Shown here piece after piece: positions 50,898 through 60,363 of a stretch of DNA of 64,000 nucleotides. Both the position numbers and the translations under genes were made by a program. Position 1 is the stretch's first letter; each line of letters begins with the position of its first letter. The stretch is from Alphaproteobacteria bacterium. GTDB taxonomy: Bacteria; Pseudomonadota; Alphaproteobacteria; UBA828. The notes beneath the pieces are model-generated. The model ran no database searches and was not told the DNA's origin. It was given only the letters and a program-made list of their open reading frames with translations. The DNA is taken from positions 288,001-352,000 of the forward strand of contig CAXXMU010000002.1 in NCBI GenBank assembly GCA_963667785.2, read 5' to 3'.

Positions 50898-53147
50898 TCA
50901 CGACGGCATCGGTGACTCTTCAGCCTGCTCCAGCTCCGGGTCCGCCTCGTTCTCGATCTCGTCCTCGATCTCGTCGTCGACAATCTCCGGAGGAGGAGTC
51001 GCGGGCAGCGCGACGATCATTTCGGTGAACGCGCCGGGTTCGGACTCCACCCTCATCTCGCCGCCGTGCTGGCGGACGATGTCGCTCGACAGCGCGAGGC
51101 CCAGTCCGGTGCCCTGATCCGGCGGCTTGGTCGTGAAGAAGGGGTTGAAGATGTCGGCGATGATGTCGGGCGGGATCCCGTTCCCGTTGTCCCTGATCCG
51201 GATTTCGACGCCCTCTTCGGAACGCTTGGTGACGAGAGTCAGCGTGGGTTCGTACGCGCTCTCGGTATCGGCTCCCTCCGCATCTCTCGCGGCCTGCCGT
51301 TTCTCGACAGTCGCATAGCAGGCGTTGCTGACCAGGTTCAGGAAGACGCGGCCCACGTCCTGGGAGACGACGTCGAGCGATCCCACCGCCGGATCGAAGT
51401 CCTCGACGATCTCGAGCTGAAAGTGCTCATCGGTCGCCCGGGCACTGTGGTAGGCGAGCCGGGCATGCTCGTCGAGCAGGGCGTTGATGTCCGTCGGCTG
51501 CCGGTCGCCCGTGCCCCGCCCCATGCTGAGCATGTGCTGTACGATCTGGTTGGCGCGCTCGCCATGCTCCCGGATCTCCTTGAGGTTCTCCGTGAGGTCG
51601 GCGGTGATCTCCTCGATCAGCGCGCGGCGCTCCTTGTCCTTCTCGCCGTCCATGTCGCCGAGCGCCGCCTGCAGCTCCTCCAGCAACTCCTCCAGCAGCT
51701 CCTCCGATCCCTCGGCAAAGTTCTTGACGAAGTTCAGCGGGTTCCGGATTTCGTGCGCCACACCTGCGGTGAGCTCGCCGAGCGCCGCAAGCTTCTCCTG
51801 CATGACGATCTGATCCTGTGCCCGCTGCAGGTTGGTGAGCGCGTCCTCGAGCTGCTCGTTCTTGCCCTTGAGCTCGTCGGCCAGCTTCTCGACCAGGTTC
51901 AGCCGCTGGACCTCGAGCGCGTGGCGGCGGAAGACCTCCAGGGCCGCCGCCATGTCCGCAACCTCGCCCCGGCCGGTGACCTGGACCTCGGCTTCGAGAT
52001 CGCCCTCGGCCATCCCGCGCATCCGGTCCGAGAGCCGCCCCAGCCTGCGCAGCAGCATGCGGCCGACGTAGAGCCAGGCGATCAGCGCCGCGCCGACGAT
52101 GCTGATCACGCTGATCGCGATCAGAAGGTTGCGCCCGGTAAGGATCGCCGTCGACGAGGCGCGCGCCGCATCCTCGGTCTTCTCGCGCGCGGCGCTGACG
52201 AGGCTTTCCGCCTCGGCGGCAAGCTCGAGGGCGAGGTTGCTGTTGGAGGTGAGCAACTCCGCCTGACGCGCGGCGAGGACGAGTTCCTGGGCCCGCAGGT
52301 CGAAGCCCTGGCCCTGGTCGAGACCCAGATCGACGAGCCGGGAGAGCGCGGGCGCGACCCTGTCGCGGAGCGGAGAGGGACCGAGAGACGAGAGGCTGCG
52401 CTCGATATTGCCGGCGGACGACTCGAAGCGCTCCCTGAGCGGCTCCAGCAGGGCGATGTCGGAAACGTCGAAGGCGCTCGCGAGAAGCTGGATCGCGATC
52501 GTGGCGTTCTCCTGCAATCCCGCAAGATGGCGGTAGCGGGTGAACTCCGCCTCCGACAGGTGATCCGCGCGCGCCGCCGGCGCCTCGCCGAGTTCCCGAT
52601 AGCCGGTCATCGCGTAGAACAACTGGTCGTCGATGGCCGGGATCAGCGCATCGGCGAGCTCTCTCTGCAGCGTTTCGACTTCGGCACGCAACGCCGTGCT
52701 GCGCTCCGCGAGCAGGAAGCCCTCGGCCACCGATTCCTCGATGGCCCCGACGTTCGCGACCAGGGCGCCGCCCTGCGTGCGAATGCGCGTGAAGCGCTCC
52801 TCACCCGTACCCTGATCCGGCAGCGCTGCTACCTGAGCCTCGAACGCTTTCCGGTCATCGGAGATATCCTCGACCGTGCGGGCGAGCTCCTCCGGCGTCG
52901 CTGCGGCGGTCAGCCGCGGTCCGGCCGCCACGAGGGCGCCGCTCTGCTGCGCCACGCCGAACGCCGTCACCATCTCGGGCACGCTTCCTTCGTTGACCCG
53001 GCTCTGGACCTTGCCGACCTGGTCGAAGGAAACCAGGCCCACCACACTCGCGATGATGGTGAGCGCGACGGCGCCGCCGATACCCAGATAGAGCTGGGTC
53101 GAGAGCCGATAGCGACTGTCGAGCAGCCGTCGGGCCAACGCGATCAT
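50898..53147 (-). CDS. Sensor histidine kinase with TorS-like helical periplasmic domain, HAMP, HisKA and HATPase
   Basis: TM, long helical sensor, TM, HAMP (GEVADMAAALEVFR), H-box GVAHEIRNPLNF, N-box NLVSNA, DNGNG, FFTTK, GTGLGL. Confidence 0.9.
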   Translation of the reverse strand: MIALARRLLDSRYRLSTQLYLGIGGAVALTIIASVVGLVSFDQVGKVQSRVNEGSVPEMVTAFGVAQQSGALVAAGPRLTAAATPEELARTVEDISDDRKAFEAQVAALPDQGTGEERFTRIRTQGGALVANVGAIEESVAEGFLLAERSTALRAEVETLQRELADALIPAIDDQLFYAMTGYRELGEAPAARADHLSEAEFTRYRHLAGLQENATIAIQLLASAFDVSDIALLEPLRERFESSAGNIERSLSSLGPSPLRDRVAPALSRLVDLGLDQGQGFDLRAQELVLAARQAELLTSNSNLALELAAEAESLVSAAREKTEDAARASSTAILTGRNLLIAISVISIVGAALIAWLYVGRMLLRRLGRLSDRMRGMAEGDLEAEVQVTGRGEVADMAAALEVFRRHALEVQRLNLVEKLADELKGKNEQLEDALTNLQRAQDQIVMQEKLAALGELTAGVAHEIRNPLNFVKNFAEGSEELLEELLEELQAALGDMDGEKDKERRALIEEITADLTENLKEIREHGERANQIVQHMLSMGRGTGDRQPTDINALLDEHARLAYHSARATDEHFQLEIVEDFDPAVGSLDVVSQDVGRVFLNLVSNACYATVEKRQAARDAEGADTESAYEPTLTLVTKRSEEGVEIRIRDNGNGIPPDIIADIFNPFFTTKPPDQGTGLGLALSSDIVRQHGGEMRVESEPGAFTEMIVALPATPPPEIVDDEIEDEIENEADPELEQAEESPMPS

Positions 53148-54331
53148 GGCTGCGCGGCGAGCCGAAGCGTGTCGATGGGATTGTAGCGGCCGTCCCTGCC
53201 GATCACCGTGACGAAGACGGCGTCCGAGCCCTGATTGTCGTCCTCGCCGTAGCGAAGCGCGAAGCCTCCGAGATCGATGGCGTCGGCGCCGCGGAGATTG
53301 TCGAGCAGGCAGGACCGGTCGACCGCGCGGCCGCAGCGTTCGAGCGCCTCGATTGCCAGGCGGCCCGCCAGATAGCCTTCGAAGGAGACGAAACCCGGCA
53401 CCACTTCGGGCGAGTGGGCCGCGAGCGCCCGGCGATAGGCGACGGTGACCGCGGGCTCGTCGCCGTCGGGGAAGGGCACCACCTGGGTCACGAAGACGCC
53501 CGCTCCCGATTCACCCAGCTCTCTGGCGAGCGCATTGCTGCCCACGAAGGAGATCGTGAGGAACACCGGATCGAAGCCGGTGCCCCGCGCCCAGGCGATC
53601 GCCGTGGCGACGGGCTTGTAGGCCCCGACGAGGATCACCGCTCCAGGGTCCGCGTCGCGCACGTCGAGCAATGCCGTCTTCACCGCGGTGGTGTTGCGCG
53701 GATAGACGCCGATCGCCACGGGCTCCAGCCCCCGCCGCTCGAGCGCCAGGCGTACCCCGCGATAGCCGGCCTGTCCGAAGGAATCGTCCTGATAGATGAC
53801 GCCCACGCGGTCGATGCCGAGATCCTCGATCAGGCGGGCGACGATTTCCTCTGTCTCCTGGTAGTAGGACGCCCGCAGGTTGATCACGTTCCGCCAACCG
53901 GCGTCGCGCAGGAACGCGGCGCCGGTGAAGGGGGCGAGGTAGGGAACGCCCGCTTCCGCCGCGATGGGCGTGGCGGAGCGTGAGGTCGGCGTGCCGACGG
54001 CGCCGATCAGGGCGAAGACTCCGTCGTCTGCGATCAGCTGGCGGGTGTTGGCTATCGCGGCTTCCGGTTCGTAACCGTCGTCGAGAGACCGGAGCACGAG
54101 CGTCCGCCCGTGCACGCCGCCTTGCCGGTTCGCTTCCTCGAACGCCGCCTCGATGCCGATCCGCAGGTTCCGGCCCAGGTCCTGGGCGGGGCCGCTGAAC
54201 GCGGCGGATTGTCCGAAGAGGATCTGCTGCTCGGTGACGCCGGGCTCCTCCGCCAGCGCCGGCCCGGCCGCCGCAAGCGCGACGCAGGCGGCCAGCAGGA
54301 CGGCCGCGCCGAGGCCACCCGTGCGCCTCAC
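53144..54331 (-). CDS. Type I periplasmic binding protein (Sec signal), no cognate permease
   Basis: FGQSAAFSGP, LDDGYEP, GAVGTPT, NLRASY, SFEGYLAG. Paralogue of 49569-50849. Confidence 0.87.
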   Translation of the reverse strand: MRRTGGLGAAVLLAACVALAAAGPALAEEPGVTEQQILFGQSAAFSGPAQDLGRNLRIGIEAAFEEANRQGGVHGRTLVLRSLDDGYEPEAAIANTRQLIADDGVFALIGAVGTPTSRSATPIAAEAGVPYLAPFTGAAFLRDAGWRNVINLRASYYQETEEIVARLIEDLGIDRVGVIYQDDSFGQAGYRGVRLALERRGLEPVAIGVYPRNTTAVKTALLDVRDADPGAVILVGAYKPVATAIAWARGTGFDPVFLTISFVGSNALARELGESGAGVFVTQVVPFPDGDEPAVTVAYRRALAAHSPEVVPGFVSFEGYLAGRLAIEALERCGRAVDRSCLLDNLRGADAIDLGGFALRYGEDDNQGSDAVFVTVIGRDGRYNPIDTLRLAAQP

Positions 54332-54341
54332 CCGATCCCCC

Positions 54342-55538
54342 TCACCCCGTGGAGCGATAGAGGGTTATGCAGGTGATGTCGTCCGACTGGGGCGTGTTGC
54401 CCGCGAATGCCCTCACGGCCTCGAAGACTGCCTTGTTGACTTCCTCGGCGTTCTCCAGCGCCCCGCCGTCGAATATCTGACGCAGCCGCTCCATTTCGAA
54501 CAGGTCGTTCTTGTGGTTCTCGGCCTCGGTGACGCCGTCGGTATAGAGCACGACGGCCTCGCCCGGCGCGATCTGCAGCCTGTCTTCCGCGTAGTCGATG
54601 TCGGACAGCACTCCGAGGGCGATCCCGCCGGTTGCCGGCAGCTCGGTGGAGCTTCCGTCGGAACGAACGATCAATGGCGAATTGTGCCCCCCGTTGGCGT
54701 ATACGAATTCCCCGCTTCCCGGATCGAAGACCGCATAGAACAGCGTGACGAACATCTCCGCCTCGTTGTCCTCGTGGAGGAGATTATTCACCTCGCGCAG
54801 CACCGTGCCGGGGCCGATGGCGCCGATGGCCGCGCCCTTGAGCAGGGTCCGGCACGACATCATGAAGAGCGCGGCCGGAACGCCCTTGCCGGAAACGTCG
54901 GCGACCGCGATGCCGATACGCCCTTGTCCGAGGCTCATGATGTCGAAAAAGTCGCCGCCGACCTCGCGCGCAGGCTCCATGCTTCCGAACACCTCGAAGT
55001 CCTGTCCCCGGGGAAATACGGTGGGCAGGATCGACTGCTGCATCTTGCTGGCGACATCGAGTTCCTTCTGTATCGCCAGGAGCCTATCCCGCGATTCCGT
55101 CGCCTCTCTCCACGCGATCAGGTTGCGCAGCGTCCGCTCGATGGTCACCCGAAAATCGTCGAAATCGATGGGTTTGGTCACGAAATCGAACGCGCCTCGG
55201 TTCATCGCAGTGCGAATGTTCTTCATGTCGCCGTATGCGGACACGATCACGGAACGCACGTCCGGATGGACATCCGGAATCTTCTCCAGGAGAGTGAGAC
55301 CGTCCATCTTGGGCATGTTGATGTCCGAGACCACCAGATCGATGCCCCGATCCTCGTTGAGCCGATCAAGAGCCTCGACGCCATTGTGGGCGAAGACGAA
55401 CTCGTACTGCTGGCGACGAATCTCCCGCCGCATGCGCTGCAGCACCAGGCGCTCCAGCGCAGGTTCGTCGTCCACGACGAGGATCTTGTAGGGATTCTCG
55501 CCCGCCAGCGTCGTGTCTGCGTCTGTTTCTTGTGCCAT
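54342..55538 (-). CDS. Response-regulator receiver fused to SpoIIE/PP2C phosphatase (RsbU/RsbP-like)
   Basis: ILVVDDE, SDINMPKMDG, DFVTKP, then VGGDFFD, ADVSGKG, YTDGVTE, SDDIT. Confidence 0.92.
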   Translation of the reverse strand: MAQETDADTTLAGENPYKILVVDDEPALERLVLQRMRREIRRQQYEFVFAHNGVEALDRLNEDRGIDLVVSDINMPKMDGLTLLEKIPDVHPDVRSVIVSAYGDMKNIRTAMNRGAFDFVTKPIDFDDFRVTIERTLRNLIAWREATESRDRLLAIQKELDVASKMQQSILPTVFPRGQDFEVFGSMEPAREVGGDFFDIMSLGQGRIGIAVADVSGKGVPAALFMMSCRTLLKGAAIGAIGPGTVLREVNNLLHEDNEAEMFVTLFYAVFDPGSGEFVYANGGHNSPLIVRSDGSSTELPATGGIALGVLSDIDYAEDRLQIAPGEAVVLYTDGVTEAENHKNDLFEMERLRQIFDGGALENAEEVNKAVFEAVRAFAGNTPQSDDITCITLYRSTG

Positions 55539-55763
55539 TGCTTAACTCGTCTCAGCCCTGCGTGACGACCGCCGGAATGCCTATGGCGCGATGCCCTACA
55601 AGTCCCTCCACGATGAGCTTGTATGGCAACTCTTCTGGTTCAAGTCCACTCGGCTTTTTCACCGTCAAGCCCGACCCCATTCCTTGCTCTTTGCCGGAGG
55701 AACATGACGGGGCGATCGTTCTGGCCAACGATGCCGCCGCCCTCGACCGCACGACGAAATGCC

Positions 55764-56420
55764 TCAGTAGGCGCCGTGGGCGCGCGCCGCCACAATCACG
55801 CGCTCGATCTCGGCAACGGCGCCGACCACGTCGCGGCCCACCAGATCCATCTTGCGGAGCTGACTGATCCGGGCGCCTGCGTTCTTCACCTCTCCCCCGG
55901 GGAAGACATAGGAAAGGATGTTACAGGAATCCACCAGGGAGAGCAGCGCAACATCCCGAGGATCGGGTATCTCGTCCGAGAGAATGAGCGTCTTGATGCG
56001 CTCCTTGACCTCTCGCGCCGCCTCGCCGTCGGCCGTCTCGTAACGGCGGCTGCGGCGGCCCAGGAGCGATCTCTTCTCGCGCCGCTCCAGGATGCCGCGC
56101 TCCACGAGGCGGTCCAGCACCGCGGTCTGAAGGCCGGCCGCTTCGTCGGCGGACAACGTCTTGATCCAGGTCGACGTGTCGGTTGTTTCCGGATGATCCG
56201 CGATCCTGGCCAGGATGCGATCGAGGATGGCCTCTCCGGTCGGCGTGCGGTCGCTGACAACGAGCGTCTTCGGGTCGGTGTCGATCCGATACGCGAACGC
56301 CAGGTCCATCAGCACCGCACCGACCAGGGCGCATTCCAGGATGTTGGGGTGGATGGCAAGGAGCTCGCCGCTCTTCTCGTCCAGCAGCAGGAGACAGGTC
56401 TCTTCGACGAATGTCAGCAT
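55764..56420 (-). CDS. GPP34 (GOLPH3/VPS74) family protein
   Basis: LTFVEE..LLLLD, GAVLMDLA..RID, PTG..ILD, LVERGIL, PDPRD..L. Confidence 0.8.
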   Translation of the reverse strand: MLTFVEETCLLLLDEKSGELLAIHPNILECALVGAVLMDLAFAYRIDTDPKTLVVSDRTPTGEAILDRILARIADHPETTDTSTWIKTLSADEAAGLQTAVLDRLVERGILERREKRSLLGRRSRRYETADGEAAREVKERIKTLILSDEIPDPRDVALLSLVDSCNILSYVFPGGEVKNAGARISQLRKMDLVGRDVVGAVAEIERVIVAARAHGAY

Positions 56421-56753
56421 GGCACCGTCCAGTTCGGGAGTTGATGGCGGCAACGATGTTCAGACGCCGGGAGAGGGTCGGAGGGAACGCCCTGCGACGC
56501 CATCAACGAGCAATTGGGGCATCCAGACCGAGAGCATGCATCACGCGTTCCCACATATTCAAATAGTTAATACTTGTAACGGCGATGTCGTCGGCGTCCT
56601 GCTCCAATAGTTTCCATCCATTTGCACGGCGCCCTTTCTGCTTCATGGCCGGACACGTGCCTGCCCCGATGATGTATCATGCACCGACCCAGGGTCGCAC
56701 ATTGGCTGCCCGAATACGCAGCTCGACCCGCGCATCCCGGACCACGATTGCTA

Positions 56754-57614
56754 ATGGCGGACGGCACGGACATGCACGGCAAGGTCTGCCTCGTCACGGG
56801 CGCGGCCTCGGGCATCGGCCGGGCGGCCGCGCTCGGCCTCGCGGAACGCGGTGCGACGGTGGTGACGATCTGCCGCAGCGAGGCGCGCGGCGCTCCGGTG
56901 CTGGAGGCGATCGGGCGGCGGGGCGGCAGCGGCAGGGCGGCGCTTCTCGCCGCCGATCTCTCGTCCCAGCGGCAGGTGCGGGCCGTGGCGGCGGCCTTCC
57001 GCCGGCGTTTCGACCGCCTCGACGTGCTGGTGAACAACGCCGGCGTCGCCGGCGCGAAGCCCCGCCAGGTGACCGAGGACGGGCTGGAGCGGACCTTCGC
57101 GGTGAACCATCTCGCGCCCTTCCTGCTCACCGCGCTCCTCCGTGACATGCTCGAGGCGAGCGCGCCGGCGCGCGTGGTGACCGTGAGCTCGGCCGCGCAC
57201 CGCTACGCCGCGCTCGACTTCGACGACCTGCAGGGCGTCCGTCGCTATTCGCCCTTCGGCGCCTACTGCCGCTCGAAGCTCGCGAACGTGCTCTTCACCC
57301 GCGAGCTGGCGCGCCGGCTGGAGGGCACGGGCGTCACCGCCACCTGCATGCATCCGGGAGTCGTCGCGACGGCGCTCTTTCGCGACGCCCCGCGCTGGGT
57401 GCGGGCGTTCTTCGCCAGCCCCCTGGTGCTGACGCCGGAGCGAGGCGCGGACACGGTGCTCCATCTCGCCTCCGCGCCGGAGGTTGCGGGCATGAGCGGG
57501 CACTACTTCGTGCGACGAAAATCCGTCCGCCCCTCGCGCGCCTCCCGCGATGACGACGCGGCCCGGCGCCTGTGGGCGGCGAGCGAGGCGCTGACGGCAG
57601 CGAGCGAGGCGTAG
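56754..57614 (+). CDS. SDR oxidoreductase (retinol dehydrogenase-like)
   Basis: TGAASGIG, NNAG, TFAVNHLAPF, VSSAAH, YCRSK, HPG. Confidence 0.9.
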   Translation: MADGTDMHGKVCLVTGAASGIGRAAALGLAERGATVVTICRSEARGAPVLEAIGRRGGSGRAALLAADLSSQRQVRAVAAAFRRRFDRLDVLVNNAGVAGAKPRQVTEDGLERTFAVNHLAPFLLTALLRDMLEASAPARVVTVSSAAHRYAALDFDDLQGVRRYSPFGAYCRSKLANVLFTRELARRLEGTGVTATCMHPGVVATALFRDAPRWVRAFFASPLVLTPERGADTVLHLASAPEVAGMSGHYFVRRKSVRPSRASRDDDAARRLWAASEALTAASEA

Positions 57615-57659
57615 TCGAGGCGCCGGCGTGCTACGGTCGGGCCCTGGTGCGCTGGGAAG

Positions 57660-58688
57660 GTGAACCGAGTGCCGATCGAGACGAGAGCGCAGCCGCCGCT
57701 GGCGGTCGAGTGCAGGCGCGGGCCGGCGGTGGAGAGCCGGCATCTGGTCGATGCCGCGGTGGTCGACCCTGCGGGGCGGCTCGTGCAGGGCTGGGGCGAG
57801 ACCGACGCGGTCGTCTATCCGCGCTCGGCCATCAAGTCGGTGCAGGTTCTGCCGTTGATCGAGAGCGGTGCGGCCGAGCGTTTCGCTGTGACCGACGAGG
57901 AGATCGCGCTCGCCTGCTCGTCGCACAACGGTCAGGAGGCCCATGTGGAAGTCGTGCGCGGCTGGCTCGCGCGCGCCGGGCTCGGCGAGAGCGACCTCGA
58001 ATGCGGCCCTCACCTGCCCTACCACACGCCGTCTGCCCACGCCTGCGTGCGTGCCGGCGAGGCGGGGCGCGCGGTCTACAACATGTGCTCCGGCAAGCAC
58101 GCCGCGTTCCTGGTGACGGCGCGCGCGCTGGGCGAGCCGACGCAGGGCTACATCGCGCGCGACCACCCGGTGCAGCAGCGGGTCGCAGCCGCCATCGCCG
58201 CGCTCTCCGGCCACGATCTCGAGCGGGCGCCGTGGGCGATCGACGGGTGCAGCATCCCCACCATCGGCCTGCCGCTCTCGGCGCTCGCCCGGGCCGCGGC
58301 GCGCATCGCCGATCCCGCCGGCCTCGAAGACGAACGGCGGGCCGCGATCATGCGGGTACGCCACGCGGTCGCAGGCCACCCCTTCATGGTCGCCGGCGAC
58401 GGGCGCGCGTGCACGCGCATCATCGAGACGGCAGGCGAGCGCGTGCTGGTCAAGTTCGGCGCGGAGGGCGTGTTCTTCGCCGCGCTCTACGGCAGCGGCC
58501 TCGGCCTCGCGCTGAAGGTGCGGGACGGCGCCACGCGCGCCGCCGATGCCGCGGTCGCGGCGCTGCTCGATCGTCTCGGCGTCCTCGACGACCGCGACCG
58601 GGCGGCGCTGGCCGACATGCTGGACAAGCCCCTGCACAATTGGGCGGGCCGATTGGTGGGAGCCGTCCGCCCCACGCAAGACGGGTGA
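57660..58688 (+). CDS. Class 3 (Rhizobium etli-type) L-asparaginase
   Basis: RSAIK, ACSSH, NMCSGKH, DGCSIP, KFGAEG. Confidence 0.88.
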   Translation: MNRVPIETRAQPPLAVECRRGPAVESRHLVDAAVVDPAGRLVQGWGETDAVVYPRSAIKSVQVLPLIESGAAERFAVTDEEIALACSSHNGQEAHVEVVRGWLARAGLGESDLECGPHLPYHTPSAHACVRAGEAGRAVYNMCSGKHAAFLVTARALGEPTQGYIARDHPVQQRVAAAIAALSGHDLERAPWAIDGCSIPTIGLPLSALARAAARIADPAGLEDERRAAIMRVRHAVAGHPFMVAGDGRACTRIIETAGERVLVKFGAEGVFFAALYGSGLGLALKVRDGATRAADAAVAALLDRLGVLDDRDRAALADMLDKPLHNWAGRLVGAVRPTQDG

Positions 58689-58709
58689 TCGAGAGGAAAG
58701 GGAGAAGCG

Positions 58710-59459
58710 ATGCTCAAGCTATCGGATTTCGCAGGCCGAGTGCTGCGCGAGGACGATCTCGACGATCTCGGCCGGCCCACCGGGGAGGTGATCGCCGAGG
58801 CCATCGACGAGGGCCGCACCGAGGAGGCCAAGACCCTCGCCCGCAACCTGATCCACGAGTGGAAGGGCCTCCACGACCTCTACTGCGACTGGGTCTGGGA
58901 CCTGCTGACCAAGATCGGGCGCAAGTTCGGCGAGGGCGAGGTCTACGCGATGCTGCGCGCGACGCAGGAGACCTGGATGATGAAGCGGACCTGGAAGGGG
59001 TTCCGCAGGATGACCGTCGAACGCCAGGTCACGCTCACCGCCGAGATGATGCGCGCGCATCGCTGCGGGCCCAGGCAGGAGGGCGACATCGACGTGCTGG
59101 AGGACGAGGACCGCTACACCATCGTCATGGACCCCTGCGGCAGCGGCGGGCGCATGCGGCGCGGCGATCCCGTGGACGGCACGCCGTCCCGCCTCGGCCC
59201 GCCCTACCATTTCGGCGCGACGCAGGAGGCGCACTGGTGGAGCTGGGGCCGCAAGGACGTGCCCTACTACTGCGTCCACTGCGCGCTCAACGAGATCCTG
59301 CCGATCGAGTGGGGCGGCGCGCCGCTCTGGGTCACCGACTTCGATCCCGACCACGCCAAGCCCTGCCGCTGGCACTTCTACAAGAAGCCAGGGCTGATCC
59401 CCGAGGAATACTGGACCCGCCTCGGCAAGGAGAAGCCGGCGCAATTCGACGAGGCCTGA
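58710..59459 (+). CDS. Conserved hypothetical Cys/His/Trp-rich protein, probably metal-binding
   Basis: Strong RBS and host-like codon usage. Motifs LHD, MRAH, DPCGSGG, YCVHC, PCRW. Confidence 0.7.
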   Translation: MLKLSDFAGRVLREDDLDDLGRPTGEVIAEAIDEGRTEEAKTLARNLIHEWKGLHDLYCDWVWDLLTKIGRKFGEGEVYAMLRATQETWMMKRTWKGFRRMTVERQVTLTAEMMRAHRCGPRQEGDIDVLEDEDRYTIVMDPCGSGGRMRRGDPVDGTPSRLGPPYHFGATQEAHWWSWGRKDVPYYCVHCALNEILPIEWGGAPLWVTDFDPDHAKPCRWHFYKKPGLIPEEYWTRLGKEKPAQFDEA

Positions 59460-59566
59460 GGAAGACTGGCGCACCGGGTCGGCGAAAGCCAGGACTCAGC
59501 CGATCGCCAATCCCGATAACGGACACCAGTCATGCATTATTGGACATAACACGACCATCTCTTGGC

Positions 59567-59598
59567 ATAGCTATATCGTCCAATAGCTATGTCGTCCA
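59567..59598. repeat. Tandem 16-bp direct repeat, candidate regulator site
   Basis: ATAGCTATATCGTCCA then ATAGCTATGTCGTCCA (one mismatch), each with palindromic core ATAGCTAT, in an AT-rich promoter region. Confidence 0.8.
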
Positions 59599-59641
59599 AA
59601 TGTAATCACACTGCCGCCCAACAGATAATTTGGAGGACACG

Positions 59642-60247
59642 ATGCAACAACGGTGGACCGTGACGGTTGTGCTGCTTTCATCACTGGTGCTGGGAGCGTG
59701 CGCGACGCTCGTCGAGGGGAGCGAACAGACTGTGACGGTGATCACCGAGCCGCCCGGCGCGGTGTGCACCCTTACCCGGGGTGGGCAGACACTGGCAGTG
59801 GCAAATCCGACACCGAATTCGGTATTTATAGAAAAAAGCAAAGATAACATAAATATCATTTGTGAGAAGGAAGGGAATTTTGACGGTTCCGCTTCGCTTT
59901 CTTCTGACTTCCAGAACATGACGTTCGGCAATATATTATTGGGTGGCGTTATCGGTCTGGCGGTCGATGCAGGTTCCGGAGCGATGCACGAATATCCCGA
60001 CAGCGTTACCATTGTTCTGCCGCCGAAATCGTTCTCCAGCACTACCAACCGCGACGAATTCTTCGACCGCCAGAGGTCGCGGATCGAGCGGGAGGCCGAA
60101 TCGGCACTGGCTCGACTGAACGAGACCTGCGACGAGAAGACCCAGGATTGCGAAGGGCTCGCGCGAGCCATCGAAGACGCCCGAGACGCCGAACTGCGGG
60201 AGCTCGAACGGCAACGCGACGCGACGCGGATCGAATCCGCCGAGTGA
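59642..60247 (+). CDS. Lipoprotein of unknown function (PEGA-like N-domain)
   Basis: GGAGG RBS, lipobox LGAC, T.PPGAVC, GNILLGGVIGLAVDAGSGA. The 5' half is AT-richer than the flanks. Confidence 0.75.
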   Translation: MQQRWTVTVVLLSSLVLGACATLVEGSEQTVTVITEPPGAVCTLTRGGQTLAVANPTPNSVFIEKSKDNINIICEKEGNFDGSASLSSDFQNMTFGNILLGGVIGLAVDAGSGAMHEYPDSVTIVLPPKSFSSTTNRDEFFDRQRSRIEREAESALARLNETCDEKTQDCEGLARAIEDARDAELRELERQRDATRIESAE

Positions 60248-60363
60248 CCCGGCGGCTGGTCTCAAACAGCCCGGATCGAGGCAAGGTCGAGCTGCTGGGC
60301 AGAAGCGGCTGAATTGGACTAAACTGCGAACATCCGGTCGTCCTGACCGAGGTGCACGCCGCC

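Noticed and set aside
55552-55752. Small ORF between GPP34 and the receiver-PP2C gene
   Set aside because: No recognisable motif or RBS. More likely a promoter or intergenic region.
56560-56582. CtrA box in the AT-rich stretch GTTAATACTTGTAAC
   Set aside because: Spacing does not fit TTAA-N7-TTAA.
60310-60335. LexA box upstream of mmcB
   Set aside because: Only one good GAAC half-site. The other is GACT at N7 or GGAC at N8, which does not fit GAAC-N7-GAAC convincingly.
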